A stretch of 61,577 nt of DNA, the filler included. It is 8 parts of 8 records of this genome, joined end to end, with 100 filler letters (N's around TTAATTAATTAA, not from the genome) between each part and the next. Parts side by side here need not be neighbours in the genome. Positions count along the whole stretch, not along the records: positions 8,008 to 13,540 come from SRR31156797_40284; positions 13,641 to 27,119 come from SRR31156797_40300; 6 more parts are not named here. The stretch is one strand, 5' to 3'. The number at the start of each line of letters is the position of its first letter. Position 1 is the stretch's first letter. The notes beneath the pieces were generated by a model. The model was not told where the DNA came from. It did no database searches and was given only the letters and a program-made list of their open reading frames with translations. Of the stretch, positions 8,010 to 17,851 are shown one piece after another. The position numbers and the translations under genes were made by a program.

Positions 8010-11000
8010 ATAAATGCAACTATTGCAATAGATCAAAAAGCATTTATTTCAAATACCAGGTCAACTGTCGGCACTTTTTCAGGCATTTATGACCTGCTCA
8101 GACTGCTTTTTTCAAGATTTGGAAAGTATTCTGAAAGTTTTCATAAGGATCAACAACTTTTTATTGGCTCAACAACTATTACCCGTTCCCTTTTCTCTTT
8201 TAACAGCACTGTTGGAGCTTGTCCAAGCTGCCGTGGACACGGGGTCGAAGATTTCATTGAGCCTGAACTTATTGTTATTGATTGGAACTTATCGCTAAGA
8301 GATAGAGCCTTAAAGATCACAGCTCCAAACGGTTACATTATATATTCACAGGTAACACTTGATGTTCTTGACCTTGTTTGCCGTGAGCACGGATTTTCTG
8401 TTGATACTCCTCTTTGCGATCTTTCTAAAGACCAGCTCAATGTGCTCTTTTATGGTTCCGACAAGATTCTTGTCCCTTTTGGAAAGCACACTCTTGAAAG
8501 CAGGATGAAATGGACTGGAATAAAAGCTAAACCAAGAGAGGAAGGACATTATCGCGGCTTTATTAATGTCATGCTTGAAATACTTAAAAGAGATCGTAAC
8601 AAAAATATTCTGCGTTTTGCAAAAAGCCGAAACTGCTCTAAATGCAAAGGGACCAGGCTTGTATCTAAAGCTCTTGAGGTAACATTTTTTGAAAAGAATA
8701 TTGCTGAACTCTCAAACTTTGATCTTTGTGAACTTTTAACTTTTTTTAGATCTATAAAAGATCCCAAACTGGCAAAAGAACTTATCGCTGAAATTATTGA
8801 TACTCTTTCGGCCCTAAAAGACACAGGTCTAGGCCATTTGAAGGTCTCAAGACCAACGAACACTCTTTCAAGCGGAGAAGTTCAAAGGATCAGGATCGCT
8901 TCCATGATGCGATCATCTCTAACCGGAGTTACTTTTATACTTGACGAACCAACTGTAGGACTGCACAGATCTGAAGCTGAAGTTGTTATAAACCTGCTAA
9001 AAAAGCTCAGAGACAATGGAAACACGGTAATCGTTGTTGAACATGATATTGACACAATTTTAGCTGCAGACCACATTGTTGAAACCGGTCCTGTCGGAGG
9101 GTTAAATGGTGGACATATTATTTTCAGCGGTGATCTTAAAGATTTTATTACTCACAATGAACTTTCAATTTCACCAACATGGCTAGCAATAAAAGAAGAC
9201 AAAAAGATTACAGTAAAAGAGCAACGATATAAAGATGAACTCAACGTTAAAGAGAGCAGTCTATCAATTAAATTTGGTGCTTTAAATGGGATAACAGGTC
9301 CCGGGGGATCAGGAAAAAGAACTCTTCTTTCAACAATAAAGAAAACTCTTGAAGCAAATAAGATCAACACATTAAAGATCGACCGCTCACCAATTGGAAA
9401 AACACCTAGATCGAACCCGGCTACATATACCGGAATTTCTGAGAACATTAGAGATATTTTTTCAAAACTTACAGACTCAAAAGAACTCAAGCTCACAAAA
9501 TCATCTTTTTCATTTAATACAAAAGGCGGAAGGTGTGAAGCATGTGAGGGAGCAGGCGTTATCGAAATAGGAATGAAACATTTCGGAGCCATTAGGATAA
9601 CTTGCGACAAATGTAAAGGAAAGCGCTTTAACGATGAAGTCCTTCAGGTTTCATTTAAAGGTCTTTCAATATCAGATATTTATGACCTTTCAATAAATCA
9701 GGCGGCAGAATTCTTTAGCGACCAACCAAAGATATCTAGAACTCTTAATATGATGATAGATCTAGGCATAGGATATTTAAAACTAGGTCAACCTTCATCT
9801 ACTCTTTCCGGTGGAGAAGCCCAGAGAATTAAACTTTCATCTTATCTTTGTAAAAATATTAAAAAGACAGTTTTTCTTTTTGAAGAACCAACAACAGGAC
9901 TTCATCCACAGGATGTAAAAAAACTCATTAAAACTCTTAGATCTCTTTTAAGTTCTGGAAACACAGCGGTTGCAATTGAACATGATCCTGATTTTATATT
10001 GTCATGTGATCATATTGTCGAACTTTCTGGAAAACCTGACAACAACTTTAAAAACGCTGTCTTCCAAGGATCCGTAAAACTACTTGCTACATCAAATACT
10101 CTGACAGGGAAAGTAATTAAGGACTGTGTTTCAAGAAAACCAAGAGAGTTTAACCAACAGACTTTGCCTGCAACAAGGTCAATAAAACTTTCCGGCATTA
10201 ACACAAACAACCTCAAAAACATTGATCTTACGATCAGAAAAGGAAAATTCACCGTTGTTACCGGAGTTTCAGGCAGTGGAAAAAGCTCACTTGTCTTTGA
10301 CACTCTGTTCTCAAAAAGCATGGGCAGTTTTCTTGATGGGTTTTCACCGTATTTTAGGTCTCTTTTTAAAACTTCAGCCTACTCAGTGATCAAAAGTTCT
10401 AACCTTATGGCACCAATTGCAGTTTCTGAAAAGTTCGTTTCTGTTAATTTAAGATCTACCGCTGGAACAGCTTCAGGAATATGGGAAATTTTAAGAATGC
10501 TCTTTTCAAGGACAGGAAAGGTCAATGGGCAAAGCTGTAGCTTTTCTGCAGGAGATTTCTCTTTTAATTCGGCCGCTGGTGCATGCCTGGCCTGTGAAGG
10601 AAAAGGAACTATTCCAAAAGCCGATATCGAAAAAATAATTACAGCCCCTGATAAGTCTTTTATTGAAGGCGCCCTATCAGGTACAACTCCGGGGAAATAT
10701 TTTGGAGATATAGATGGACAGTTCATTCATACTCTCAAAACCGCAGGCCATGAGTTTGGCATAGACTTTTCAAAGCCTGTTAAAGAGCTTGATGACAATG
10801 CTCTTGATTTGGCCTTAAATGGTGCCGGGAACAAAGAGTTTAAAGTTAAGTGGAACTTTTCCAGAGGTAATAGAACAGGAACTCATGAATTTATTGGAAC
10901 TTGGCCTGGGTTTATAAATCTTTACACTGAAGAATACATAAAGGCTATAGGTAATAAGAATGAATCAAAACTATACTCTTTGATGAAGGAAGTCCCATGC

Positions 11001-12509
11001 TCTCATTGTAACGGACTCAGACTTAATAATGAACTTCTTGAAGTTGTCGTAGGATCAAGGAATGTTTCTCAGATCATTAGCATGACCATTTTTGAACTAA
11101 TTAGCTTTCTTGATAATAATTCATTTGACCATAAAAAAGATAAGGCTGTTACCGATCTTCTTTTTGCACAACTTATGCCTCTGCTAAAAACTCTTGATGA
11201 TCTGGGGCTTTCACACCTAAACCTAAACCGCTCCGTATCAGATCTTTCTTTGGGTGAGCGAGAGCGATTAAAACTTGTTAAACTCAGTTCATCATCACTT
11301 ACAGACATTCTCTACATAGTTGATGAGCCTTCCAGAGGAATTCACCTGGCGGATTCAAAGAAAATTGTCTCTTTCTTAAGATCTCTTACACAAAAAGGGA
11401 ACACTGTTGTCGCTGTTGAACATGAACCTTCTATAATTAAAATGGCTGACCATATCATAGAAATGGGTCCTGGAGCAGGAGAACATGGTGGAAAGATATT
11501 GTTTGACGGCACTTTCAAAGATCTTCTAAGATCAAATTTGCCAACCTCACAAATATTCTCAGTGGATAAAGATCTCAAGCAACCTTTTACAGGCAAAATG
11601 CTCTTAATTGATCATCCGGGAGTTTTTAACTTAAAAGAAGGGTCATGCAGTATTGCATCAGGCGGTTTAAATGTAATTACAGGTGTTTCAGGAAGTGGAA
11701 AAACCACTTTATTAAAGAAAGTAATTGCAAAAAAACTCAAAGACAAGACGGTGCTTTATCATGAGAATTTAATAAATTCAGGCGGGGCAAATTCTACGGT
11801 AGCAACTTTTACAAAACTAAAAGACGCAGTTAAAAGGCTTATATCAAAAAACTCAGATCTCAAAAACATCTGGGCAGACTCCACCTGTAAAACATGTAAA
11901 GGAGTAGGCTCGGTAAAAATACCGATGGACCATCTTTGTGATCCTGTTGTCCTATGCTCAGACTGTGAAGGAACCGGGTTTAAAAATAAAGTTCTAGCCA
12001 TCAAATACAAAGAAATGAACATCGCAGAGATCTTATCAATGACAGTTGAACAAGCTCTTGAATTTCTTAATGAGAACAAAAAGATCACGTCTGTATTAAA
12101 GCTGCTTGAAGATTGCGGACTTCAATATCTTCATCTTGACCAGAGCTTCAGATCACTTTCAAGTGGCGAAAAACAACGTCTTTCACTTGTAACTGACCTA
12201 AATGAATTTTCAAATATAAAAGATGTCTGTGAAAAGGTCTTTATGTTTGATGAGCCTTCAACAGGACTTCATTATGCAGACATAAAAGGTTTCCTTGCTC
12301 TATTTGAGAAACTTACTGATAATGGAGCAACTGTTATTTGTGCTGAACACAGAATGCAGATAGTTTCTAAAGGAGACCACATAATCGATCTTGGTCCAGG
12401 AAGCGGGAAAAACGGAGGAAAAGTTGTTTTTGAAGGACCTGTTAAAGATCTTGTTCTTGCAAAAACTAAAACCGGTGAAGCGTTACGTGATTTTTTAAAT
12501 ATGGAGTAA
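8010..12509 (+). CDS. Double-length UvrA-like ABC ATPase (four ABC modules), 5' truncated
   Basis: Frame open from 8010 (IAIDQK...RSTVGT...LRLLFSR). Four signature/Walker B pairs: LSSGE/LDEP, LSGGE/FEEP, LSLGE/VDEP, LSSGE/FDEP. CxxC zinc motifs. Confidence 0.9.
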   Translation: MNATIAIDQKAFISNTRSTVGTFSGIYDLLRLLFSRFGKYSESFHKDQQLFIGSTTITRSLFSFNSTVGACPSCRGHGVEDFIEPELIVIDWNLSLRDRALKITAPNGYIIYSQVTLDVLDLVCREHGFSVDTPLCDLSKDQLNVLFYGSDKILVPFGKHTLESRMKWTGIKAKPREEGHYRGFINVMLEILKRDRNKNILRFAKSRNCSKCKGTRLVSKALEVTFFEKNIAELSNFDLCELLTFFRSIKDPKLAKELIAEIIDTLSALKDTGLGHLKVSRPTNTLSSGEVQRIRIASMMRSSLTGVTFILDEPTVGLHRSEAEVVINLLKKLRDNGNTVIVVEHDIDTILAADHIVETGPVGGLNGGHIIFSGDLKDFITHNELSISPTWLAIKEDKKITVKEQRYKDELNVKESSLSIKFGALNGITGPGGSGKRTLLSTIKKTLEANKINTLKIDRSPIGKTPRSNPATYTGISENIRDIFSKLTDSKELKLTKSSFSFNTKGGRCEACEGAGVIEIGMKHFGAIRITCDKCKGKRFNDEVLQVSFKGLSISDIYDLSINQAAEFFSDQPKISRTLNMMIDLGIGYLKLGQPSSTLSGGEAQRIKLSSYLCKNIKKTVFLFEEPTTGLHPQDVKKLIKTLRSLLSSGNTAVAIEHDPDFILSCDHIVELSGKPDNNFKNAVFQGSVKLLATSNTLTGKVIKDCVSRKPREFNQQTLPATRSIKLSGINTNNLKNIDLTIRKGKFTVVTGVSGSGKSSLVFDTLFSKSMGSFLDGFSPYFRSLFKTSAYSVIKSSNLMAPIAVSEKFVSVNLRSTAGTASGIWEILRMLFSRTGKVNGQSCSFSAGDFSFNSAAGACLACEGKGTIPKADIEKIITAPDKSFIEGALSGTTPGKYFGDIDGQFIHTLKTAGHEFGIDFSKPVKELDDNALDLALNGAGNKEFKVKWNFSRGNRTGTHEFIGTWPGFINLYTEEYIKAIGNKNESKLYSLMKEVPCSHCNGLRLNNELLEVVVGSRNVSQIISMTIFELISFLDNNSFDHKKDKAVTDLLFAQLMPLLKTLDDLGLSHLNLNRSVSDLSLGERERLKLVKLSSSSLTDILYIVDEPSRGIHLADSKKIVSFLRSLTQKGNTVVAVEHEPSIIKMADHIIEMGPGAGEHGGKILFDGTFKDLLRSNLPTSQIFSVDKDLKQPFTGKMLLIDHPGVFNLKEGSCSIASGGLNVITGVSGSGKTTLLKKVIAKKLKDKTVLYHENLINSGGANSTVATFTKLKDAVKRLISKNSDLKNIWADSTCKTCKGVGSVKIPMDHLCDPVVLCSDCEGTGFKNKVLAIKYKEMNIAEILSMTVEQALEFLNENKKITSVLKLLEDCGLQYLHLDQSFRSLSSGEKQRLSLVTDLNEFSNIKDVCEKVFMFDEPSTGLHYADIKGFLALFEKLTDNGATVICAEHRMQIVSKGDHIIDLGPGSGKNGGKVVFEGPVKDLVLAKTKTGEALRDFLNME

Positions 12510-12511
12510 TA

Positions 12512-13303
12512 ATGTATCTGCTTAGACTATCATTTTGCGGAACAAAATATCATGGCTGGCAATATCAGGAAAATGCTGTCAGCGTTCAGGGAATATTAAG
12601 AGACAAACTTGCAAAGATCTTTAAAAAAGAATGTCCATTCCCCGCCGGATGCAGCAGAACTGATACGGGTGTTCATGCACTTGATTTCGTTGCAACTCTT
12701 CCGGAAGTTCTAAAAATACCTGCTGAGTCTCTAAGGAAAGGAGTTAACTCTTTTTTACCAAGAGATATCAGAATTACTGAAGTGAAGATCATTGAAGGCG
12801 ACTTTCTTGACGGCAGAGCATTCGTAGTTGGAAAACACTACCGCTATCTTATCTGCATGACCGAAACAGCATCACCGTTTTCTAAAGATCTCTCATGGCA
12901 CAGTGCATATCCCCTTGACATCCCTGAAATGCAAAAGGCTCTAAACTACTTTATAGGAACTCACGACTTCACAAGCTTTATGGCAACAGGAAGTGATGTA
13001 AAATCAACTGTTAGAACGATCAGAAAAGCTAAGATCCGTGTGATGAACAACTACCTTGTTATGGATTATCTTGGTGACGGGTTTTTAAAACACCAGGTCA
13101 GGATAATTAGCGGAACTCTCGCAGCAGTTGGCCGCGGAAGAATTAAAGCCGATGATATTCCTGAAATAATTAAGGCAAAAGATAGAAACAAAGCTGAATC
13201 TACTCTTCCCGGGAAAGGACTATATCTATATAAACTTTTTCCAACTGAAGAAGAAATGAATGCTTATGAATTTCCTGAAACTTTTAATGATATGATCTGG
13301 TGA
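12512..13303 (+). CDS. truA: tRNA pseudouridine(38-40) synthase
   Basis: GWQYQ, SRTDTGVHA, GTHDFTSF and FLKHQVR motifs. Confidence 0.93.
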   Translation: MYLLRLSFCGTKYHGWQYQENAVSVQGILRDKLAKIFKKECPFPAGCSRTDTGVHALDFVATLPEVLKIPAESLRKGVNSFLPRDIRITEVKIIEGDFLDGRAFVVGKHYRYLICMTETASPFSKDLSWHSAYPLDIPEMQKALNYFIGTHDFTSFMATGSDVKSTVRTIRKAKIRVMNNYLVMDYLGDGFLKHQVRIISGTLAAVGRGRIKADDIPEIIKAKDRNKAESTLPGKGLYLYKLFPTEEEMNAYEFPETFNDMIW

Positions 13304-13305
13304 GT

Positions 13306-13540
<235 letters not shown>

Positions 13541-13640
13541 NNNNNNNNNNNNNNNNNNNNNNNNNNNNNNNNNNNNNNNNNNNNTTAATTAATTAANNNN
13601 NNNNNNNNNNNNNNNNNNNNNNNNNNNNNNNNNNNNNNNN
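13541..13640. other. Artificial contig spacer
   Basis: N44-TTAATTAATTAA-N44. Confidence 0.99.
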
Positions 13641-13641
13641 A

Positions 13642-14292
13642 ACCCTCAAGAGGTTCCAGTTCGGTTTGGCCTTCTAGTTTAACGAGCTTAAAATCACCTT
13701 TGGACACAAGGCCGAGGCCGGATATTAAAGTCCATGTTTGGGATGTGACTCCCATAATAGGTGAGTCCGAAATGCTTTCAATTTTAATAATGTTTCTTTT
13801 TTGTCCAAAGAGGAATTTGTTTTCCCTATTGATGACTCTGCACGTTGCCAAGGATTCTGTGGTCGTCACGTTTCCAAATGTGGTAATAGGTACGGTCCAT
13901 GAGTTTGCTGAAAAGTCCATGAGTATGGTTTCTTTTCCACCGATTTTCATAACTAACTGGCCGTGTTGAATTCGTAATGAATATCGGCTGATTAACTGGC
14001 GTAAACCTTTTTTGTTAGAAGTGGATTCTTTGGTTGATTCGTTTTGTAAAAAAAATATTTTTTCTACTATATCAAGAGTGTCTTGTGTAGCCCCTCTTTT
14101 TGACCATACTTTGAGCAACATACCGCTTGAGTTGCGGAAAAAAAGAGTAACTCCCGGTTTGGGGCCGAGATAAATTCTCGGATCACGTTCTGAACAGTGT
14201 GCGGAAGAGCTTATTATTAATGCCCATAAGCACACAAGAAGTGTAGAAGTAAGTTTAGGAACCGGGAGTCCGTCTAGCCTGCCTCGTATCAT
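13642..14292 (-). CDS. Exported hypothetical protein, candidate immunity partner of the RHS tip (3' truncated; start approximate)
   Basis: Overlaps the RHS stop; signal-like LLVCLWALIISSSAHC; lower GC, like the RHS tip. Confidence 0.55.
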
Positions 14293-15964
14293 AAAGATTC
14301 CATGGGTTAGTTGAAATATAGACATCACCCGCCTCTGGATCACCGCCTTGATATACGGCAATGGCCGGTGCCTTGCGAATTTCACGTTCTTTTTTGCTGC
14401 TTTTTTCAATTTTTGTTTCAATTATGGTAGTCCTTGAGCCACAAGTTCGTATTGTTTTTGCCTCTCTTTTTTTCTGGACGTTAAATATTTGATGCCACGC
14501 TGCTACGCATGATGCACCAAAACAAATTACAGCTGCCAGTTTGTATCCAATGACCTCCCGATCCACTTCAGTCCATTCACCATATTCCTTTTTGAATTCG
14601 CATTTGATCACAACACAGTTGCAGTTTGGATGTGGTTTATCGGGGGCTTCATCTTTGCTTGAGTATACCGTGCCATCCAAAGCTTGGCATTTTTCACAGG
14701 CGTTTGCATTAGCTTGCCATTGCCATTCGTCAGGAAAATGTGGCTCGATAGTATTGTCAAAAGCACCCATCAATCCCGACGAATCCACCATATTTACCGG
14801 ATCATCCAAACAATACCCGTACCAGTCAGCATCTCCGCCAGCGTCGCCGATGGGATCCTGAGCGGTCCAGCGGGCCGTGTCGGGATCATAGTCGCGCCAG
14901 CCGAATCGGACGAAGCCGGTATCCGGGTCGTGGACGCCGCCAGCAAAGCCGATGGGGACGCGCAAGGTTGGATTCGAATCCCACAGGATGTTGCCGAACG
15001 GTCCGTATTGAATGGCCTTTACCACATTCCCGGTTGGTGAGACAACCGCTTTGAGTGAGCCTACCTGGTCGTAATATAAGGTGTAATCCGTGCCGTTGAC
15101 CGTGGCCTTGTATGGGATGCGCTCCTCTTTATCGTAATGGAACTGCCAGTCGTTGACCTCGTCCTTGAAGCGGTCCAGACGGATGAAGTCTTTCCATTGA
15201 TACGCTTCGTCCAGCGTGCCGTTGACGTATCGGGCCTGCCGCCTGCCGTGTTCATCATGGTCAAAGGTGATTTCCCGGCCATCCGGCAGAAGGGCGCCAA
15301 GAAGTCGGTAATCTTTGCTGTACTTGTAGCGGGTGATAGACTCTCCATTGATCTTGGCAGATCGGAAGCCGAGTGCGTCATGTTCGAATTGGAGAGTATC
15401 AACGGCCAACAGCCGGTCGTCATCCGTGTATTGATAGGAGCGCATGAACGGCTCGCGGCCAACGGCATAATCAGCCTTTCTGCGGCCTTTGTCGTCATAT
15501 TCAAAGTCTTCACACCAGCCCGTGTCGCCAATGACCGAGGTCAGACGGCCCGCATCGTCATATTCGAATTCCCATGTTTCGCGGCGACCATTGATGCGTT
15601 CGGTGCGGGATTCGATCCGGTGTGTGTCGTTCAGGTCGAGTTGCAGAAAATACGGGGTGGCTCCGGCCTTGCGTTCCCGTTTGGATTTGTTGCCCCAATT
15701 TTTCGGTTTTGTTTCTTCACCGAGTGTGTGGTTCCAAGAGAAACCGTGACCTTCATGCCACGGACGCCATTGGGCGGGCTTTTTGACAGTCCACCAGTTA
15801 AAATCGGTGCGTTGGGCTTCAAACTTCTTTTTCAAGTTGCCGACCCGGCGCACGGGTTCGAATGTGTTGTCCGCGTATTGAATCCAGTTGCGTTCGTATT
15901 CGCTGGTCTGCGGATTATAAGTAAAACGACAAAATCGATCCTTCATGTGATCATCATAAAGCAT
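14255..15964 (-). CDS. Short RHS/YD-repeat protein with RHS core and variable C-terminal tip
   Basis: YD repeats; PIGFAGG..DPDTGFVRFGWRDYDPDTARWTAQDPIG...DDPVNMVDSSGL core; GGAG 6 nt before the ATG. Confidence 0.92.
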   Translation of the reverse strand: MLYDDHMKDRFCRFTYNPQTSEYERNWIQYADNTFEPVRRVGNLKKKFEAQRTDFNWWTVKKPAQWRPWHEGHGFSWNHTLGEETKPKNWGNKSKRERKAGATPYFLQLDLNDTHRIESRTERINGRRETWEFEYDDAGRLTSVIGDTGWCEDFEYDDKGRRKADYAVGREPFMRSYQYTDDDRLLAVDTLQFEHDALGFRSAKINGESITRYKYSKDYRLLGALLPDGREITFDHDEHGRRQARYVNGTLDEAYQWKDFIRLDRFKDEVNDWQFHYDKEERIPYKATVNGTDYTLYYDQVGSLKAVVSPTGNVVKAIQYGPFGNILWDSNPTLRVPIGFAGGVHDPDTGFVRFGWRDYDPDTARWTAQDPIGDAGGDADWYGYCLDDPVNMVDSSGLMGAFDNTIEPHFPDEWQWQANANACEKCQALDGTVYSSKDEAPDKPHPNCNCVVIKCEFKKEYGEWTEVDREVIGYKLAAVICFGASCVAAWHQIFNVQKKREAKTIRTCGSRTTIIETKIEKSSKKEREIRKAPAIAVYQGGDPEAGDVYISTNPWNLYDTRQARRTPGS

Positions 15965-15991
15965 GTCATGCTCCAGGGGTGCTGATTATGG

Positions 15992-16021
15992 AAAAAGGGG
16001 CGGACCCAATGCCCGCCCCTT
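15992..16021 (-). terminator. Intrinsic terminator-like hairpin in the RHS 5' leader
   Basis: Minus strand AAGGGGCGGGC-ATTGG-GTCCGCCCCTT-TTT, ending 27 nt before the start codon. Confidence 0.65.
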
Positions 16022-16272
16022 GAACCGGGATGCGTGTCCGGGGCCACTCCCCGAACGATCACCGTCAGCATACCCTCGGTTTTTCGGAAAGCAGTGAAAT
16101 GTCAGTGAATGTAGGGTAAAAGCGTTCGAAAAGTATAAAAAATCAACTTGACAGGGGGGTGGCATTTGCTTTGAAAAGAGGATTCCATGCGTTCATTCCC
16201 CCCATTGCCCAAGGCTTTTATTTGGCGGTCAACTCTGCTATGCTTTTTCTTTCAACGAAACAGAGGTGAATT

Positions 16273-16809
16273 ATGAATATATTTCGTCGGATTATAGTCG
16301 TTTTGGCTTTGTCATTGGCTTTAGTCGCCTGTTCAAATGAATCCGGGACCGAGGCCAATACCGGACAGGCCGAAGAGGCCGCCGCGCCTGAATTGATGGC
16401 CAAGCCATCGACCGGGAAGTACCCGTATATGGGTGTGGCTGAGTTGGACAAGTATCTTGCTGACAATACGGGCAAGCCGACAATGCTGTTTTTTTGGGCC
16501 ACATGGTGTCCTTCCTGCAAACAGGAAATTCCTGAATTGGAACAGTTGAATACGACCCATGGAGACTCGGTGAATATCATCGCCCTGTCCGTGGATGAAC
16601 GGGTGGAAGATCTGGACAGATTCTTCAGCAAGGGCGATGTCAATCTGCCCGTGTACTGGGGTGATCAGGCCATTGCCGCCAAGTATAAGGTAGAAGCCAT
16701 TCCCACGATGGTCATTTTCGACAAGAGCGGAAAGCAGATTTTCGCTCAGGCCGGAGTTTTTCCACATTCCATGCTTGTTGCCATGGTGAAAAAGTTGACA
16801 GAGCAGTAG
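16273..16809 (+). CDS. TlpA-family thiol-disulfide oxidoreductase lipoprotein
   Basis: Lipobox LVAC; FWATWCPSC; cis-Pro AIPT. Confidence 0.9.
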   Translation: MNIFRRIIVVLALSLALVACSNESGTEANTGQAEEAAAPELMAKPSTGKYPYMGVAELDKYLADNTGKPTMLFFWATWCPSCKQEIPELEQLNTTHGDSVNIIALSVDERVEDLDRFFSKGDVNLPVYWGDQAIAAKYKVEAIPTMVIFDKSGKQIFAQAGVFPHSMLVAMVKKLTEQ

Positions 16810-16814
16810 ATTTC

Positions 16815-17273
16815 ATGATTCGCAAAGCACGCATTGATGACGTTAAGGCTATTCACGGTTTGCTCATGCACACCGATGAACATGATGCATTGGTTCTTCC
16901 CCGTTCGTTCAGTCAGTTGTATTCGCACCTGCGCGACTTCGTGGTTGCCGTGGACGATGACGACAAGGTCATCGGTTGTTGCGCTCTGAGTTTGATCTGG
17001 GAAAATCTCGCAGAAATTCGTTCTCTGGTGGTGCTTCCGGCGCATCGTGGCAAACAATTGGGCCGCCAACTGGTGGAAACCTGCCTAAACGAGTCCGTGA
17101 CATTGGGCATCCTGAAGGTATACACGCTGACCGAAGAAACGAGTTTCTTTGCCCACCTTGGCTTTGTCGAGGAAGGTATGGAGAACCTGAATCAGAAGAT
17201 ATTTATCGATTGCCTCAACTGTCCGAGATTCCCAGACCATTGCAACGAAGTTGCCATGACTATAAACCTTTAA
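16815..17273 (+). CDS. GNAT N-acetyltransferase (short ArgA-like)
   Basis: LPRS..QLY..LRDF, LAEIRSL, and C-terminal DCLNCP..CNE motif. Confidence 0.8.
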   Translation: MIRKARIDDVKAIHGLLMHTDEHDALVLPRSFSQLYSHLRDFVVAVDDDDKVIGCCALSLIWENLAEIRSLVVLPAHRGKQLGRQLVETCLNESVTLGILKVYTLTEETSFFAHLGFVEEGMENLNQKIFIDCLNCPRFPDHCNEVAMTINL

Positions 17274-17287
17274 CCACACATATTACG

Positions 17288-17824
17288 ATGCCACACAAAT
17301 TGACACCGTTCATTCCCGCAGAAAAAATTGCTGATCGCGTTAACGCCTTGGGCCGTGAAATTACGGATTCCTATGAAGGCGATGGACCGCTGGTCTGCAT
17401 CTGCGTACTCAAGGGCGCATTTTTATTTTTTGCCGATATTATCCGAAAGATTGACCGTGAAATCGAGGTCGATTTTGTCCGCTTGGCCAGTTATGGCACA
17501 GCTACATCCCGATCAGAGGACATCGTTTTTTCCAAAGACCTCGAAGTTTCCATCGAAGGGAAAGACGTGCTTGTTATCGAAGATATCGTGGATACCGGCC
17601 ATTCCATGGATTTCCTTTTGCACGTTTTGCGACGCAGAAACCCAAAGAGTTTGAAAATTTGTGCACTTATTGATAAGCATGAGCGACGGGAAATGGACGT
17701 CTCCGTCGATTTCCCTGGTTTCAAGTTGAGCGACGGATTTATTGTTGGCTACGGTCTGGACTATGCCGAACGATACAGAGAGCTTGACGGAATTTATGAG
17801 TTGTCCACGGCTTCTGATAGTTAA
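17288..17824 (+). CDS. hpt: Hypoxanthine phosphoribosyltransferase
   Basis: VLKGAF, VLVIEDIVDTG PRPP motif, VGYGLDY; start reassigned to the ATG at 17288. Confidence 0.93.
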   Translation: MPHKLTPFIPAEKIADRVNALGREITDSYEGDGPLVCICVLKGAFLFFADIIRKIDREIEVDFVRLASYGTATSRSEDIVFSKDLEVSIEGKDVLVIEDIVDTGHSMDFLLHVLRRRNPKSLKICALIDKHERREMDVSVDFPGFKLSDGFIVGYGLDYAERYRELDGIYELSTASDS

Positions 17825-17851
17825 CCAACCGGTTTTTCTGGAGATCGAAAT

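Noticed and set aside
16148-16176. Sigma70 TTGACA or sigma54 TGGCA-N-TTGA promoter upstream of the TlpA gene
   Set aside because: No good -10 at the right spacing, and the -12 position is GA rather than GC.
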